Positions 33,307-45,506 of a stretch of 64,000 nucleotides of DNA are shown here, piece after piece; position 1 is the stretch's first letter; each line of letters begins with the position of its first letter. The notes below the pieces were generated by a model, which did not search any database, was not told where the DNA came from, and saw only the letters and a list, made by a program, of their open reading frames with translations. This stretch comes from Polymyxa betae A26-41 (taxonomy: Eukaryota > Protista > Endomyxa: Phytomyxea). The position numbers were made by a program, and so were the translations under genes. The stretch spans positions 1-64,000 of the forward strand of contig RBZT01000259.1 in the NCBI GenBank assembly GCA_003693705.1, given 5' to 3'.

Positions 33307-35337
33307 ATGCGGGATATCGTGAGGAGGTTGTGTCGGCCAGTTCTATCTCGTCATTGTCCTGTGTCCATGATAGTTGGGCGCGCTGCCGACCATGACCGAC
33401 CCGAGTCGCCGACTAAGCGGGCACGTCATTTGATTCGGCTGTCGCCACGTGAGACCGATGTCTTCAAGACGATCTGTGATGTCGTCCAGCATTACAAACT
33501 GAAGACTGTCGTCCGGGTAGCTGGCGGCTGGGTTCGCGATAAGGTTCTCGCCAACCTATGCATTTATGCCGTCTTAAATAGTTTTCTTCATTCTTATTAA
33601 ATGTTTTGAGTCTGGTATTGAAATTCATTTTTTTTTTTAGATTTTAGGCTTCGATTCGAAAGATATCGACATCACCGTTGATGACATGCCAGGCGTAGAA
33701 TTCGCCAACAAGGTCAATTTTTATCTGAAAGATGTCAAAGGTCATCCAAATTGTTTCAGATCGAATCTGTGTATAATATGCTGGACAGGCGAACATGTTG
33801 GTCGTATTGGGATTATACAGGCAAATCCAGAACAATCGAAACATTTAGAGACGGCGACCTTCACCATTCATGGTGTTGAGATCGATGTGAATAGTCTCCG
33901 AACTGAAATCTATGCACATGATAGCCGTATTCCAACCATTGTTTGTATCTGCATGATCTCGTTGTGCATCTCGTAATCCTGTTCAGGCTGTTGGGACTGC
34001 ATTCGAGGACGCCATGCGACGTGATTTCACCATCAATGCCATCTTTTATAATCTCAACACAAAAGAAGTCGAAGATTTCACGAAAAGGGTCCCATTCTCC
34101 TTTACAATTGTTCTGCTGAGAATAACACATCGATTAGGGTGTTGCTGATATCGCTGCCAAGATTCTACGAACACCAATCGACGCCCTACAAACTTTTAAA
34201 GACGATCCGCTTCGCGCTCTTCGAGCGGTGCGATTCGTCGGTCGTCTCAAATTCAGTCTGTGCCCAGATTTACAGCGAGCGTTAAAAGACGAGGGCGTTC
34301 ACGTTCGTGACATTATCTGCGAAACTTTGATCCTATTTGATTTTGTTCTATTAGAGGAATCTGTCAACTAAAGTGAGCCGTGAACGTGTCGGTATCGAAG
34401 TCAGTAAGATGTTCTTCGATACGTTATCATCACCATCGACCTGCTCTCAACATCTCATTGATCACGGGTTGTACTCCCCCTCGTGTCTTCTGTTACCTGA
34501 TCATATCGATGTCGCTGAGTCCAGTAAACATTCGTTGACGTACGTGCAGAATGCAGAAAGGTTCTCAGTCGATACAGAATCAGCTTCTTTAAAATTCAAT
34601 TTCCGTCATTTTTAGGTATTTCTCACTATCGTCTGCGTCTGTTGACTTAGAAACGAAACGCCTGATCACATTCTCCTGCTTTCTGTTCTCTTTCCATGGA
34701 ATCTCAGTTCCTGGACCAAAGAATAAAGCTCAGCCTCTTGTCCGTCACATCATCATGGATGCATTAAAAGTGACCTGAACCATTATCTCGTGATACCTTC
34801 ATGCTGATCTGTGCTTAGTTATCACTGGATCTGTATAAACGGATCATGCACTTGCTGGACAATGCCGTTAGGTTGCGGGCCAGTACGTCACAACTCTGGT
34901 CCCAGGACCCGGCTGATGAAGATTTGCTGTCTTTGGGGCGCACGATGAGATCAATGGAGAGCAGTTGGAGAAATGTAAAATTTAGTCGGACAACGCCGAT
35001 TTGTTGCTGAATGCTGGGCGATTAGGTGTTCCATATATCGGCCTGTTTATTTCCAGAAAATGCTCAATTTCAGGAATCGTTGCTGGATTGGTTGCAGGAT
35101 TCCGAGTTACAGAATATCCACAAATGGAGGCCCCTATTAACAGGCAAGGACGTGATGCAATTATTTCCTATCTCAGGACCAAATGTAAGTGATGGTCTCA
35201 GAGCGATATTACATTAACATTTATAATAGGTCGGAGCTATGATGGAGAAGCAGTTCGATTGGCGAGTTCTGAATCCGTTTGGGGACTCCCAACAATTAAT
35301 TGCCTATCTGCGTTCCTGCAGATATTCTTGCAGATAA
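33307..35337 (+). CDS. CCA1: CCA tRNA nucleotidyltransferase (class II)
   Basis: RVAGGWVRDK, DIDI, NPEQSKHLETA, DAMRRDFTINA, DDPLRALRAVRF and SRERVGIE motifs. Confidence 0.93.
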
Positions 35338-35715
35338 TAAATGTATCTATCTAATGACAGGTCGTAGTTTCTTATCTATTTGTAAATGGTCGGGCTCATA
35401 GTACCTATTGACTATGGACCTGTAAAAAGCGAACGAAATCGAATTTTGCTTTGAAGCTGATCCTGATGTTGCCTCTATCGATTCGTTCATTGTCAGCGCT
35501 TGCTGTATGAAAACCTTTCTCGTAAAACGGTGCTCTTTTTGCCGGCGTTATGTGTTGTTAGGCACTACTTCCTAGAGCAATTACTATAATAGAGCAGCCA
35601 TGAAGCCTGAGGTCATTCCTGCTAGGGTTTAGGGTTTTCAGGCTTTATGGTTGCGCGCCGAATTTATATTCTTTGCTGGACATTGGGGTGTTGCTGATAG
35701 TAATAGACAGAACAC

Positions 35716-38700
35716 ATGACAGATGATATATTGTCATTGTTCCATAGATCACAACCTCTGCTGATATGTCTTGATCATGTCAGAGATCATCATAACGATC
35801 CAGCATCGCTCCTGGCGATAGTCCAGGCGTTTATTCAAACACCAACCTCTATTCATGAGGAAGCTGCTGCTACTGCATTACAACATCTATGGAAACTGAG
35901 ATCGTCATTAAAAGGGGATCCGCTTGCTTTACATCAGTTGCAGCTTCGTATTTCAGGCCATATTGGCTCTGAGACCGAGAATGGAAAACGTTTAGCTCTC
36001 GATTTAATCGATCGTCTTAATCAAACAAAACCAACATCATCATCTCAAAATGCATTGGTATTGTACACAAGCTTACATAAACGATCAAAGGTTAATGTGT
36101 TGTTTGTATCGTTCAGGCTGCACTTCATATTCGTGCAAGGCTGCGTGCTTTCACACCTGATCTATCAATTGATGAACTCAACAGATTGTATGAAGCGTCG
36201 ATATCCTGGATTAAAATCTTGTCAAAATCAGATCAAGGTGAACAGGTCTTCGTGTCTCTCAATATGATCTAAAATGCTGCATAGCAACATCACAAAAGCT
36301 TGCCTTATCTGTCCATCATTCTCTTTGGAAAATTGCTTCGTCAAATGAAGGCATTGACCCACGATGGTCTTCGCTCTCGTTGCAGTCATTATTGTACGCT
36401 GGCACGGAATCCAGCCTTCGTTTCTATTGTTATGCATTCCGGGTTCAGGAATCCAAGCTTCTTGATGTCAACATTATGGTGATGAATTCCCTCACGGCTA
36501 CAAATTCCAGAACTGCTGCTTGGAATGATGTTCTCCTACGCTGGGCATATCGCTTAGCTCATACAGCATTTGTCGTTAGTAATAGGCGTCTTATTGAGAC
36601 TAAGCTGATTCCATTCATATCGAATTTGAGTGTTGGTTGCATTGAGAGGCAGCTGTTGCATTGGTGGGAATCATTCATTAATGGTGCTGCTATACCAGAA
36701 CCCCTCTGTATGTCATCTCGTATCTGCCTGTCCCTTCATCCTGTAATTCTTTCATGCAGCAAATGTAACTGTGTATCCAGAAGTTGTTCAAGAAGTCGTT
36801 AAACGCTGTGCTGGATGGTGTCGTACACAGATTGAGTCCAATCATGGTCATACAAAATGCAGCAGCACTTTAATACCTCTTCCATATCACAATTATAGCA
36901 AGGCTGTGTTTCTATCAGCTGTATTTGAATTGGCAGCTTCTGTTCTAAACAGTCTTGAGTTCTTAATCCGAGCGATTCAGTGCCGCTTCTCTCCAAGCGC
37001 TGATCATGAACGCGTGCTGAGCTTATTAACCAAATCGAGATTGCTGCTTGATTCAGATCCAAATCCAGCTTCGATATCTGTTTTGTGCTCATCGCTCTTC
37101 AATGCATGCGCGATTTTATTCAATAATGCAGATAACGATCGTATTTGCATCAAGGTCGCGTTTTGAATGATCAGCTTTATGGAAGTGCTGATATGCTTTC
37201 AGTATCTGATGATGACCTCGGAATGTCTAAGTAAATGCTGCTCAGATAAAAAACGAACAGAACTATGGTGTAAGGTATTGGAGATGTCGGCTGCTGTTCT
37301 CTTGCGTCAAGGTTGGTCGTAATCAACCATCTGAGGTGAATATTTCCTTGATTCGATTAATAGGAGATCTGGATATTCTGCATTGTTTCAGATTTGTATT
37401 TCAGCAGTCTAAGATTGAAGAATTGTCAACTGTAATGAAGACTTTTGTCAACTGTAAATTACGATTTGCCAAATCACAAGAAGTATGACGCTCTATAATC
37501 ATTTCAGTCCATCATTGTATTCATGAGTTTACAGATTTGCAGCTCCGGTTTGTATGAAAGTCATGATCAGATCCGACTTCTCTTATTGTTAAAGACCGAA
37601 TATGATTGTTATAATGAGCTTCAATGTTCTTCTTCAGTGCTAAAAGCAAAAACTCGCGTTTTGAGATTGATCTCAGATCTGAAACCAAGGTTGGGAGTTT
37701 CGGGCTCTAAACCGTTTGATGACCGCTCTGTATAGCTCAGATAACGAGTTCCTTTTGGCATCATGTCTTCGGAAAGACAAACAGTATGAATGTGCACTGT
37801 TACATGCTAGAAAAGCTCTACAGATGGTTCGCTCGTTTTCGACTGATGATGTGTCAATTGTAGCTTATTTGGTAGGTGGATGACGAGTCTATCAATACTG
37901 CACAGATCCATGTACTAATAGCTGCTCTTCTGCATGATTCCCATAATAACGAGACTGAATCTACAGTCGAGGAATGTTATTCTCATCTAGGTAATGATGT
38001 TCATATCCATCATGATTCACTATGCTGATCACTCTTGTAGACGACGCCATCCGGATCTTGGTAACAAGCTCTCAAAACCAATTTAATCAAGATTCCTCAA
38101 TCGCCCTGAAGAGTCACTGCTCGCAACTGCTAAAATTGCTTTTCCAGCAATGCTCGCGATTTACTGAATCTGATAGCTGCAAGCCTGATACATCGACAAA
38201 CATATTGCTGTCTGTCTTAGACCTGGAATCCAAACTTGATCGTCGTGGTCATATTGGGTTATTACAAGTCTGTGTATTATTATTAGATCATTGGACACAT
38301 TCGGAACTCCAGATCTCTACAGATAGCCTCGCTGTACTTGTTGATGTGCTCTCAAACATGTCTGTAATATTCCATTGAAGTTAATAACTCTGAATGATTT
38401 CGTTAGGCGGTTAGAGAAGGACTGTCCTGGGTCAATATCATCTCTGCCTCTTGTACAACATCCACTTCTTCGCATCATCATCCTCCAGAATGCATTCAAT
38501 GCAATCGCGTTGCGCTCAATGAAATCCATTTGTGATGCGACCAACTTACCAAGATTGTATTTTGCCATATCGCTGGTCGACTATCAGATAGGCAATCTTC
38601 TGAGTTCATTGACTTGGGCTGCTCAAGCTATTCATTATCAGTTAGCCTTGAAGACATCCTCTATATCAACTTGTCATCGTCTGAAGATCTTCTTCTATCA

Positions 38701-41700
38701 TATGGCTAAACTATCAGAAATGACAGGAAACCATACTCAAGGCGTGTATTATTACAATCAGGTCTTTCTTTGGTATTGTTCACAGCTGCTTAATGCTCAT
38801 TACATGTTTAGTGCTTGAACATCGCCAAATCACATAAAAGCCTTTTATATCAAGCGATTGCTTTATGTGGATTGGCTCATATACAATGCAAACGTCAAAA
38901 CTGTCAGGAGACGGAGCGACTTTTATCTGAGATTCAACCATTGTGCTCGCGACCCGATTTTCAATTTCCTTCAGTTTGGTCGTTAGCGCTTCTCATTGAA
39001 GGAGATTTCAAATCAGACCCTGAACTTTATCATGTTGCTCTGAACAAAGAGCCTGGTAGATTGATGATTGATATCCGCTCTCATACACTCTTTAACATGT
39101 TTTGTAGGCGTTAAGACTCGAGCACGAATTCTTCGAAGAATCGTTCTATTTGACCAGAAGAGACGCATTAAGTTTCTACCATTGCTGAACGAATTGCTTC
39201 TGCAGCTTGGTTCGATTGAAAGAGCACGAACCTATCTGGTAATGGCTTCCATTGCCATGAAATCTTTCAATACAAATAAATTCTGGAGCCGCTTCGGGTG
39301 TTCTGAACCCGATGGTACTGGTTGTAAAGGATGTCTGTAGATCCATTCCATTCATATTCCTTCAGATGATCAGCTTGTTTCTGTTCTCGAATATCTTCGA
39401 CAATCATGGATATTATCTGTTAATGCTCCTGTAATGGTTATGAATTCCAACATGCCTAATCTAATGCAGGTTTAGATGCCGAGTTTTCGGCGTCGTTTGA
39501 TGATGTGTATATCAGAGGTTTATGGATATAGAGATCCTATCCTTGTTGCCTGGGCTTTAAATGCTGGTAAATACTACCATACGTCCAGATGCTGTGAATT
39601 AACAACCTTCTAGGGTTGGGGATAACTTCAGCTACAGAAATGGTTCTTGAGAGCAGTCTTTTCAATGATTCTATCGATGATCTCACCCATCATTTATCAT
39701 CATTGTCATTAGGGTTCGACTTTGAAACTTTAACAGAGCAATTCAATCAGGTAAGTCTTCCTCATATATGATCAAATTGCATGTAAACATTATCACAGAA
39801 ATTCCTCCTTCGTTTTCCATCCGAATGGAATGTCGTCACTCTGGTCACTTCCAGCACATATTTGTCTGTGATTTCATCTGATAATCTTGGTCATTATTAT
39901 TGATGTATTCCTATACAGATATATGTGCAGTTTACGTCGTGATAATCGTCCATTGATTGTACGTGTACCTCGTGGTGAGCTTGATGGGATCATTCAGGAA
40001 TTCGACGCGATTATGGAACGTAACAAAGTTACAACCAGAACTGGAGCGAATACAGCAGCTCAGGTATCTCATCATAAATGCAAAGTCGATTATCAACAAC
40101 TGATTTACGTACGCGAAAGAAACGCGATTGGTGGTCTGAGAGACATCAGCTTGATCGCAGGCTGAATCAAGTATTAAGCAATCTTGAAGATGGTCTATTG
40201 GGGTTCTACAAAGGATTGTTATGCGCTTCTAGTACGAAATTCGTGAATGCGTTTTGTACTTCTGATAATGGTAAACATTGACCTCCATCATATGATATGT
40301 TATATCTTACTGTATTATAGAATATGATAGAACCAATTTGGAGATTCTGGCAGCTGGATGCCCATATTTGACCGAGAATCAATTGGAATCTAGTTGCAGC
40401 CAATTAGGTGATGTGTATTATGCTGATTCTGCTGCCATTTAACATTCAGTTGCAGGCATCTCGAAATCACAGATTGAAGATCTGCGACAGAATTTGATCC
40501 ACGATCCGAGTATGCAACAACCTCCATTGATCTTGATATTAGATGAGGTCATACAACGTCTCCCTTGGGAGAGTATGACCTGTCTTAAACATCGTCCTGT
40601 CTATCGTCTACCGTCTCTTGTTAGAGCATTTGTATTCTACTTCTGGTTTATGACATTTTCATAGGATATGCTAGCAATGCGGTTGAATATGAAACCTTTA
40701 GATCCAGGTCTCTCATTTTACATGCTCAATCCTGGTAACGATCTCCCTGAAACGCAAGTCTGCTGGAAATAGCACCCGCCTTTTGCATGAATAATGATGG
40801 GATTAGGCTCGTATGGAGAATGAGTTCAGAAAGAGATCTGGATGGAAAGGTATTATTGGGTCATCACCGTCCAAACAGGTTTACCAAGAAGCATTAAGTG
40901 CTTACGATGTTTTCATATATTGTGGACATTCATCAGGTGAACAATATTTTGGACAACAAGATCTACGTAAGATGAAAGTATTGATTCAACATGCGGTAGT
41001 TATATGGCGTTTATTGATTACGTTGATAGATTCGTTCAGCATCATTGTTACTTGGATGCAGCAGCGGAATGCTTCGTGGCGCAGGTCAATATGAGCCTCG
41101 TGGAACCTGTTTAGCATATCTTCAAGCTGGGTGTCCAGCTGTCCTTGGCAACCTCTGGGATGTCACAGATTTTGATATTGATAGATTTAGTCAAGCCCTG
41201 CTTAATAATTGGATTGATTGTGACCTCTATCCAGGTGCGACCTGTTTCACAGAACCGCTTTATGGTTGTGAATTTTCGATTAGATTTATGTTTAGCTGTG
41301 GCTCGGTCCCGGACCGCATGTAAACTGAATTTGTTGAACGGAGCCGCTCCTGTTTGTTATGGAGTGCCCGTTTATTCCAGACATCTGGGAACTAGAGAGA
41401 CAACAGCCGATGCGACGAACTCAAAATGTTTCGATGCGAAAGGCTGTGAGCGGTATCTCGATTTAAAAAGTGATCTTACTGGTATAGCCGGCTCCCATCA
41501 TTTGACTGATCTCATAGAGTTAACATTGCAAGACTCGAACAGTCTGAGTTCAAAACAACCAGTCGAATCAACGTCCTTAGCCACAATTGAGCCAACTGTG
41601 CCAACCCAGCATACAAACGCGTTTGATATGTTCAAAACCCCAAAGCCACTGACGCGATCACGCCGGATGTGTCCTCCTACATTGGAAAAGGTTGAGCCAC

Positions 41701-41888
41701 GAACTCAACCTAGAAAAGCGAAACCAACAGAGAATATCAGTACTCCAAAAACTAGGACACCGAGAATCTCAAGGAACCAAGCCACGCCTTTAGCCATCGA
41801 TCCAACCTTAATATTGAACACTCCTGGTCGAGTGACCAGATCGATGACCAGCAAACCGCCACAAACTCCTGCCTCAAAAATGCGATAA
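35716..41888 (+). CDS. ESP1: Separase (peptidase C50), multi-exon
   Basis: WWSERHQLDRRL, LPWESM, YMLNPGNDL, catalytic YCGHSSGEQY and LLGCSSG, LGNLWDVTDFDID, GAAPVCYGVP, preceded by a long helical N-terminus. The N-terminal exons might include a separate gene. Confidence 0.88.
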
Positions 41889-42059
41889 CCTCCATCTTCC
41901 TAATTTATTTAAATTTCAATCGGATATTCTATTCATCTTCTATCTCGTTTATTGACGTCTCTTCTGAAAGCAGCTTGGACGGAACAAGCTAAATAGTTTG
42001 AATTTATTTATTGACGAACATCCAGCCAACTAGAGAACCAGAGATTTATTTGAAGCAAA

Positions 42060-42743
42060 CTAAACGCGGGCTTCTTCAGCAGATGGGAAGTCCTTGAACA
42101 AGTCCATAAATTTATCAACGGGAGCGAGAAGCATGCCTAGGGCAGCTTCCAGTGCAGCCGGTTTTTCGGGAACCATCGTATGCGGACGAGTTGGAGCTGT
42201 CGCCTTCGCTGCTTTAAATTTCGTAGCTAGCCATTTATTCTGGGCTTCGCCCTTGATCTGTTGCTCGATCATCGGAAGGTCACTTTTTTCTTCCATATCC
42301 ATATGCTGTTTCAGATTGCCCCAGATGGAATCCACTGCTGATTCGAATTTGTACGGGTCGTCCTGTTTCAAAGTGTATTCGAGAAGCTCTTTGACCTTAT
42401 GGTGATCTTCTCGAGACTGATTGGCCAGCTGGGCCCCGCGATCACCGAGTCGTTCGAGAGTCGGATACAGGATTAATTCTTCGGCAACAGAATGGCGACA
42501 GAGCTCCCAGACGAACTGGTTGAACCATTGCTTGGATTCTTCTCCAACAGCATTCTTGTACTTCTCGTAGTAGGCACCAAGCTCCTTATGGTCTTGGCGA
42601 ATAATGTCGGTAACGCGATCACTTCCCATGATTCGGTCACTTGCTTTCGATGTGGCTTCTGTGAATCCTCCTTGGAATCGAACTTGTAGACGATTGTGAC
42701 CCAACACACGTCTAAACACACTGCGACAGGCGTAGAAAGTCAT
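42060..42743 (-). CDS. Hemerythrin/HHE cation-binding domain protein with presequence-like N-terminus
   Basis: DH...RHSVAEELILYP...DH...HMDMEE...APTRPH motifs, with an Arg-rich, acid-free first 25 aa. Confidence 0.88.
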   Translation of the reverse strand: MTFYACRSVFRRVLGHNRLQVRFQGGFTEATSKASDRIMGSDRVTDIIRQDHKELGAYYEKYKNAVGEESKQWFNQFVWELCRHSVAEELILYPTLERLGDRGAQLANQSREDHHKVKELLEYTLKQDDPYKFESAVDSIWGNLKQHMDMEEKSDLPMIEQQIKGEAQNKWLATKFKAAKATAPTRPHTMVPEKPAALEAALGMLLAPVDKFMDLFKDFPSAEEARV

Positions 42744-43093
42744 GAACGATAGAATACGTGTACGAATACGGGTACCAGTCGGGATAAGCCCCTCACAATT
42801 ATGTTGACTTCATAACCTCCGACCGAATCGCCGCCATTCATCGGCGACGGCAACAAAGAACGTTCCCAACCCCGTGAGGGCGGTGATGCCCACAGGAGGA
42901 ATGCTCCACTGTTGATCGAGAGACAGGCGTACTTATTACTTTCTATTTATAGAGTACAAGTTCAGATGTACAGGGTTGAAGGGGTCTCCGTCACCACTCG
43001 CCAAGTGCTTAACAGTCCGACTAAGTTAGGTGAAATAATAGGTCCAACCTACTTAACCCAACGTACATTCCAAAGTGGAAACTTCGGTAGTGT

Positions 43094-44537
43094 TTATTGG
43101 CATTTAGCATCCTGCAAGATTCGGAAGAAGTATTCGGACTACAGGCTGATTAGAAAGTGATTGAATTGAACAAGTTTTCGTCTTACTTCAAGAGTTCCGT
43201 CCTCTGGAAGATCAGTAGCGTGCAATGCGTTATTGATGCGATCAGTTCCGAATATGGCTCGAATTGTATTAGGCCGAACGTGCTTTCCTGAGTGACCGTT
43301 CAACTTAAGTGACACAATAAAAAGCACTTATTGTACCAATTTCTGGATCACGGGGGCCTGCTGCATGACGAAATTTCTGTACAATGTCTTCACCTCCGTG
43401 AATTTGCAGAACAATCGATGCACCCGAAGTAAAGTTGTCGACTAAATTCTGTAAACTGGTTAATCTGGCTCCGATAAGGACAAGAAACTAACGCTGTATT
43501 GAGGAATAACGGTCTTATACACTTCAAGAAACTCTTCCTATTGCAATTTTAAATATAATTGTAGGGTGTACGTGATTGTGATTACAGCTGTGGGCCGATC
43601 CAGATATAACAGTTCGGCAGCAGATAGTTCAAATCCCCGGTCTGTGATGGCCTGGATGATCTGACCTGAAAGTCCATCACGAACGGCATGAGGCTTAATG
43701 ACCGCAATTGTGCAATTATTGAACACAGCTGTGCTCGGTAACCCATGCTGAAAGCACACATGAAGAAACTAGAGATAGTTTCAGAATTATGGACTTCAGG
43801 AACTCATGATACTGCACCTGCTGGTAATGTTTCAGATCAGTAGCAATCAGAAGTTTATCGTTGAGCGATAGAGATGATTTGCACTTTTCAGCCAATGAGT
43901 GAACGGCGTTGGGTGCAATTAACTCGAGAACTGTGCCAACTCCATTCGAGAGCGCTTTAGCCGACCATCTGATCTGACAATCAGTTGTACAAGAGAACCT
44001 AGTTTCAGTAATACTTGGATTCGCCTTCAGGAAGCAATGCTTTCGCTTGCTGGTCGCTTAAGCGAACAGTTAACAGTCTCGACAAGGAGAATCCTGATTG
44101 AATAAAGCTGTCAATAATTTGGCCCATTTGTGCCTGAGCGGAAGGCAGAATCATGCAAGCAGTCCTAACAAGAGTGAATACAATAACCGGACAGGTGAAG
44201 GTATAAAACCTGGCTAATCGTTGCTGTAAGCGATCACGGGTGAAAGTATCAGTGAAGTCTACGATTTTAATCTGGCGGGAATACACAGAAACACAACCGC
44301 CAATGAAAAGGTTGTCTAATTTGACAGATGGGTAGACGACACGCTTTAAGAAGGTTCGATGATTTTTCAAATCGAACTGATTCAGCAGTGATTATTACAG
44401 AAAGTTGTACATTGTTCCCAAGTCAGTACCATCTCAATTGAGTTCGATTCCGGCCAGAAAAACAAATTGTAACGGCGAAGCAGCGATGCTTGCGGATCAA
44501 ACCATTCCACTACGAATGAATATCGAACGTCTTCCAT
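43094..44537 (-). CDS. NME7: Nucleoside diphosphate kinase 7 (DM10 + two NDK domains), axonemal
   Basis: RYSFVVEWFDPQASLLRRYNL (DM10), TIAVIKPHAV, AGPRDPE, TIRAIFGTDRINNALHATDLPEDG. Confidence 0.92.
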
Positions 44538-44783
44538 GGCGATGAAAAAGAGACAAAACTGTGACAGTTCTATCGGTACACTATGATGATCAGAGAGTTT
44601 GTTATTCATTGGGGATCTCATTGAGATTGATGTCAGCGAAGACCAGATCGTCAGTTCTTATGATCGCCTGCTTATAAACTCCAATCGATGTCGATAACTG
44701 TTCGATTAGTAGCTGGCTTAGATCGCCGCTGACTTCTACCAGCTTTCCCTGAACATCAACCCTAACCAAGTCTATATCAGTCT

Positions 44784-45197
44784 ATGGGCAACCTCGATCG
44801 AAGCCATACATATCCATCAGGTGGAGGTAGATCTCAGCCTTGGCCTGACAAGCGTCCTGCCAGAATCGCAGAAGCTGCAGGTGCTGATCTGCGGCAGCGG
44901 ACGACATTGGCGGACATATACAGAATCGTTGAAATAAGACACACGATGGTAAATGTCACAATAGCAACGTCTAATGGAAGTGAATATAAGATTCCACTGG
45001 GCCTATGTACTGGTTTAACTGGGCTAGATCATTCCATAGTCGAATCGCAGTGCCCAGTTCAGTCTAACCCGCCCACATTGACGATAATTGCAGTCAATAG
45101 AGCACGGGTTCCAACTATAATGTACTGTATAGGCAATCATGTTTGGTTTTACGATACAGTAGATGAATTCGTGTTCCGATTAGCCCCACGTCTCTGA
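44784..45197 (+). CDS. Hypothetical protein (137 aa, intronless)
   Basis: ATG-initiated ORF that fills the intergenic space. No recognised motif. Confidence 0.35.
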   Translation: MGNLDRSHTYPSGGGRSQPWPDKRPARIAEAAGADLRQRTTLADIYRIVEIRHTMVNVTIATSNGSEYKIPLGLCTGLTGLDHSIVESQCPVQSNPPTLTIIAVNRARVPTIMYCIGNHVWFYDTVDEFVFRLAPRL

Positions 45198-45506
45198 CAA
45201 GGGCATGCTTACAGCGACGGGATTTGCGTTGACGCAAACTGTCTTGGCAGAGTGAATGTCACATTGATCGCCCCACCACAGTCGTTTTGCGGGCTGCTTA
45301 TTGATTCGATCACCAAGACAATGCTTCTTCCATAATCGCCTGACTGTTTATAATACATACAAAATTCAGTGCAATTAACAACCAGGAGGCTGCGCTTGTG
45401 TTTACCAGAACCGCTTTCATTTTCTGGTCCTTTTATCTGTTTAATCTGGTCGTCATTGTTCTTTCAAGGCGTCGACATTGCGGATTCGCATCCGATCAAC
45501 TGGGCG

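Noticed and set aside
35621-35642. Telomere-like TAGGGTTTAGGGTTTT (similar AGGGTTTC x2 near 3643)
   Set aside because: Only two units, too short to call an interstitial telomere or a telo-box with confidence.
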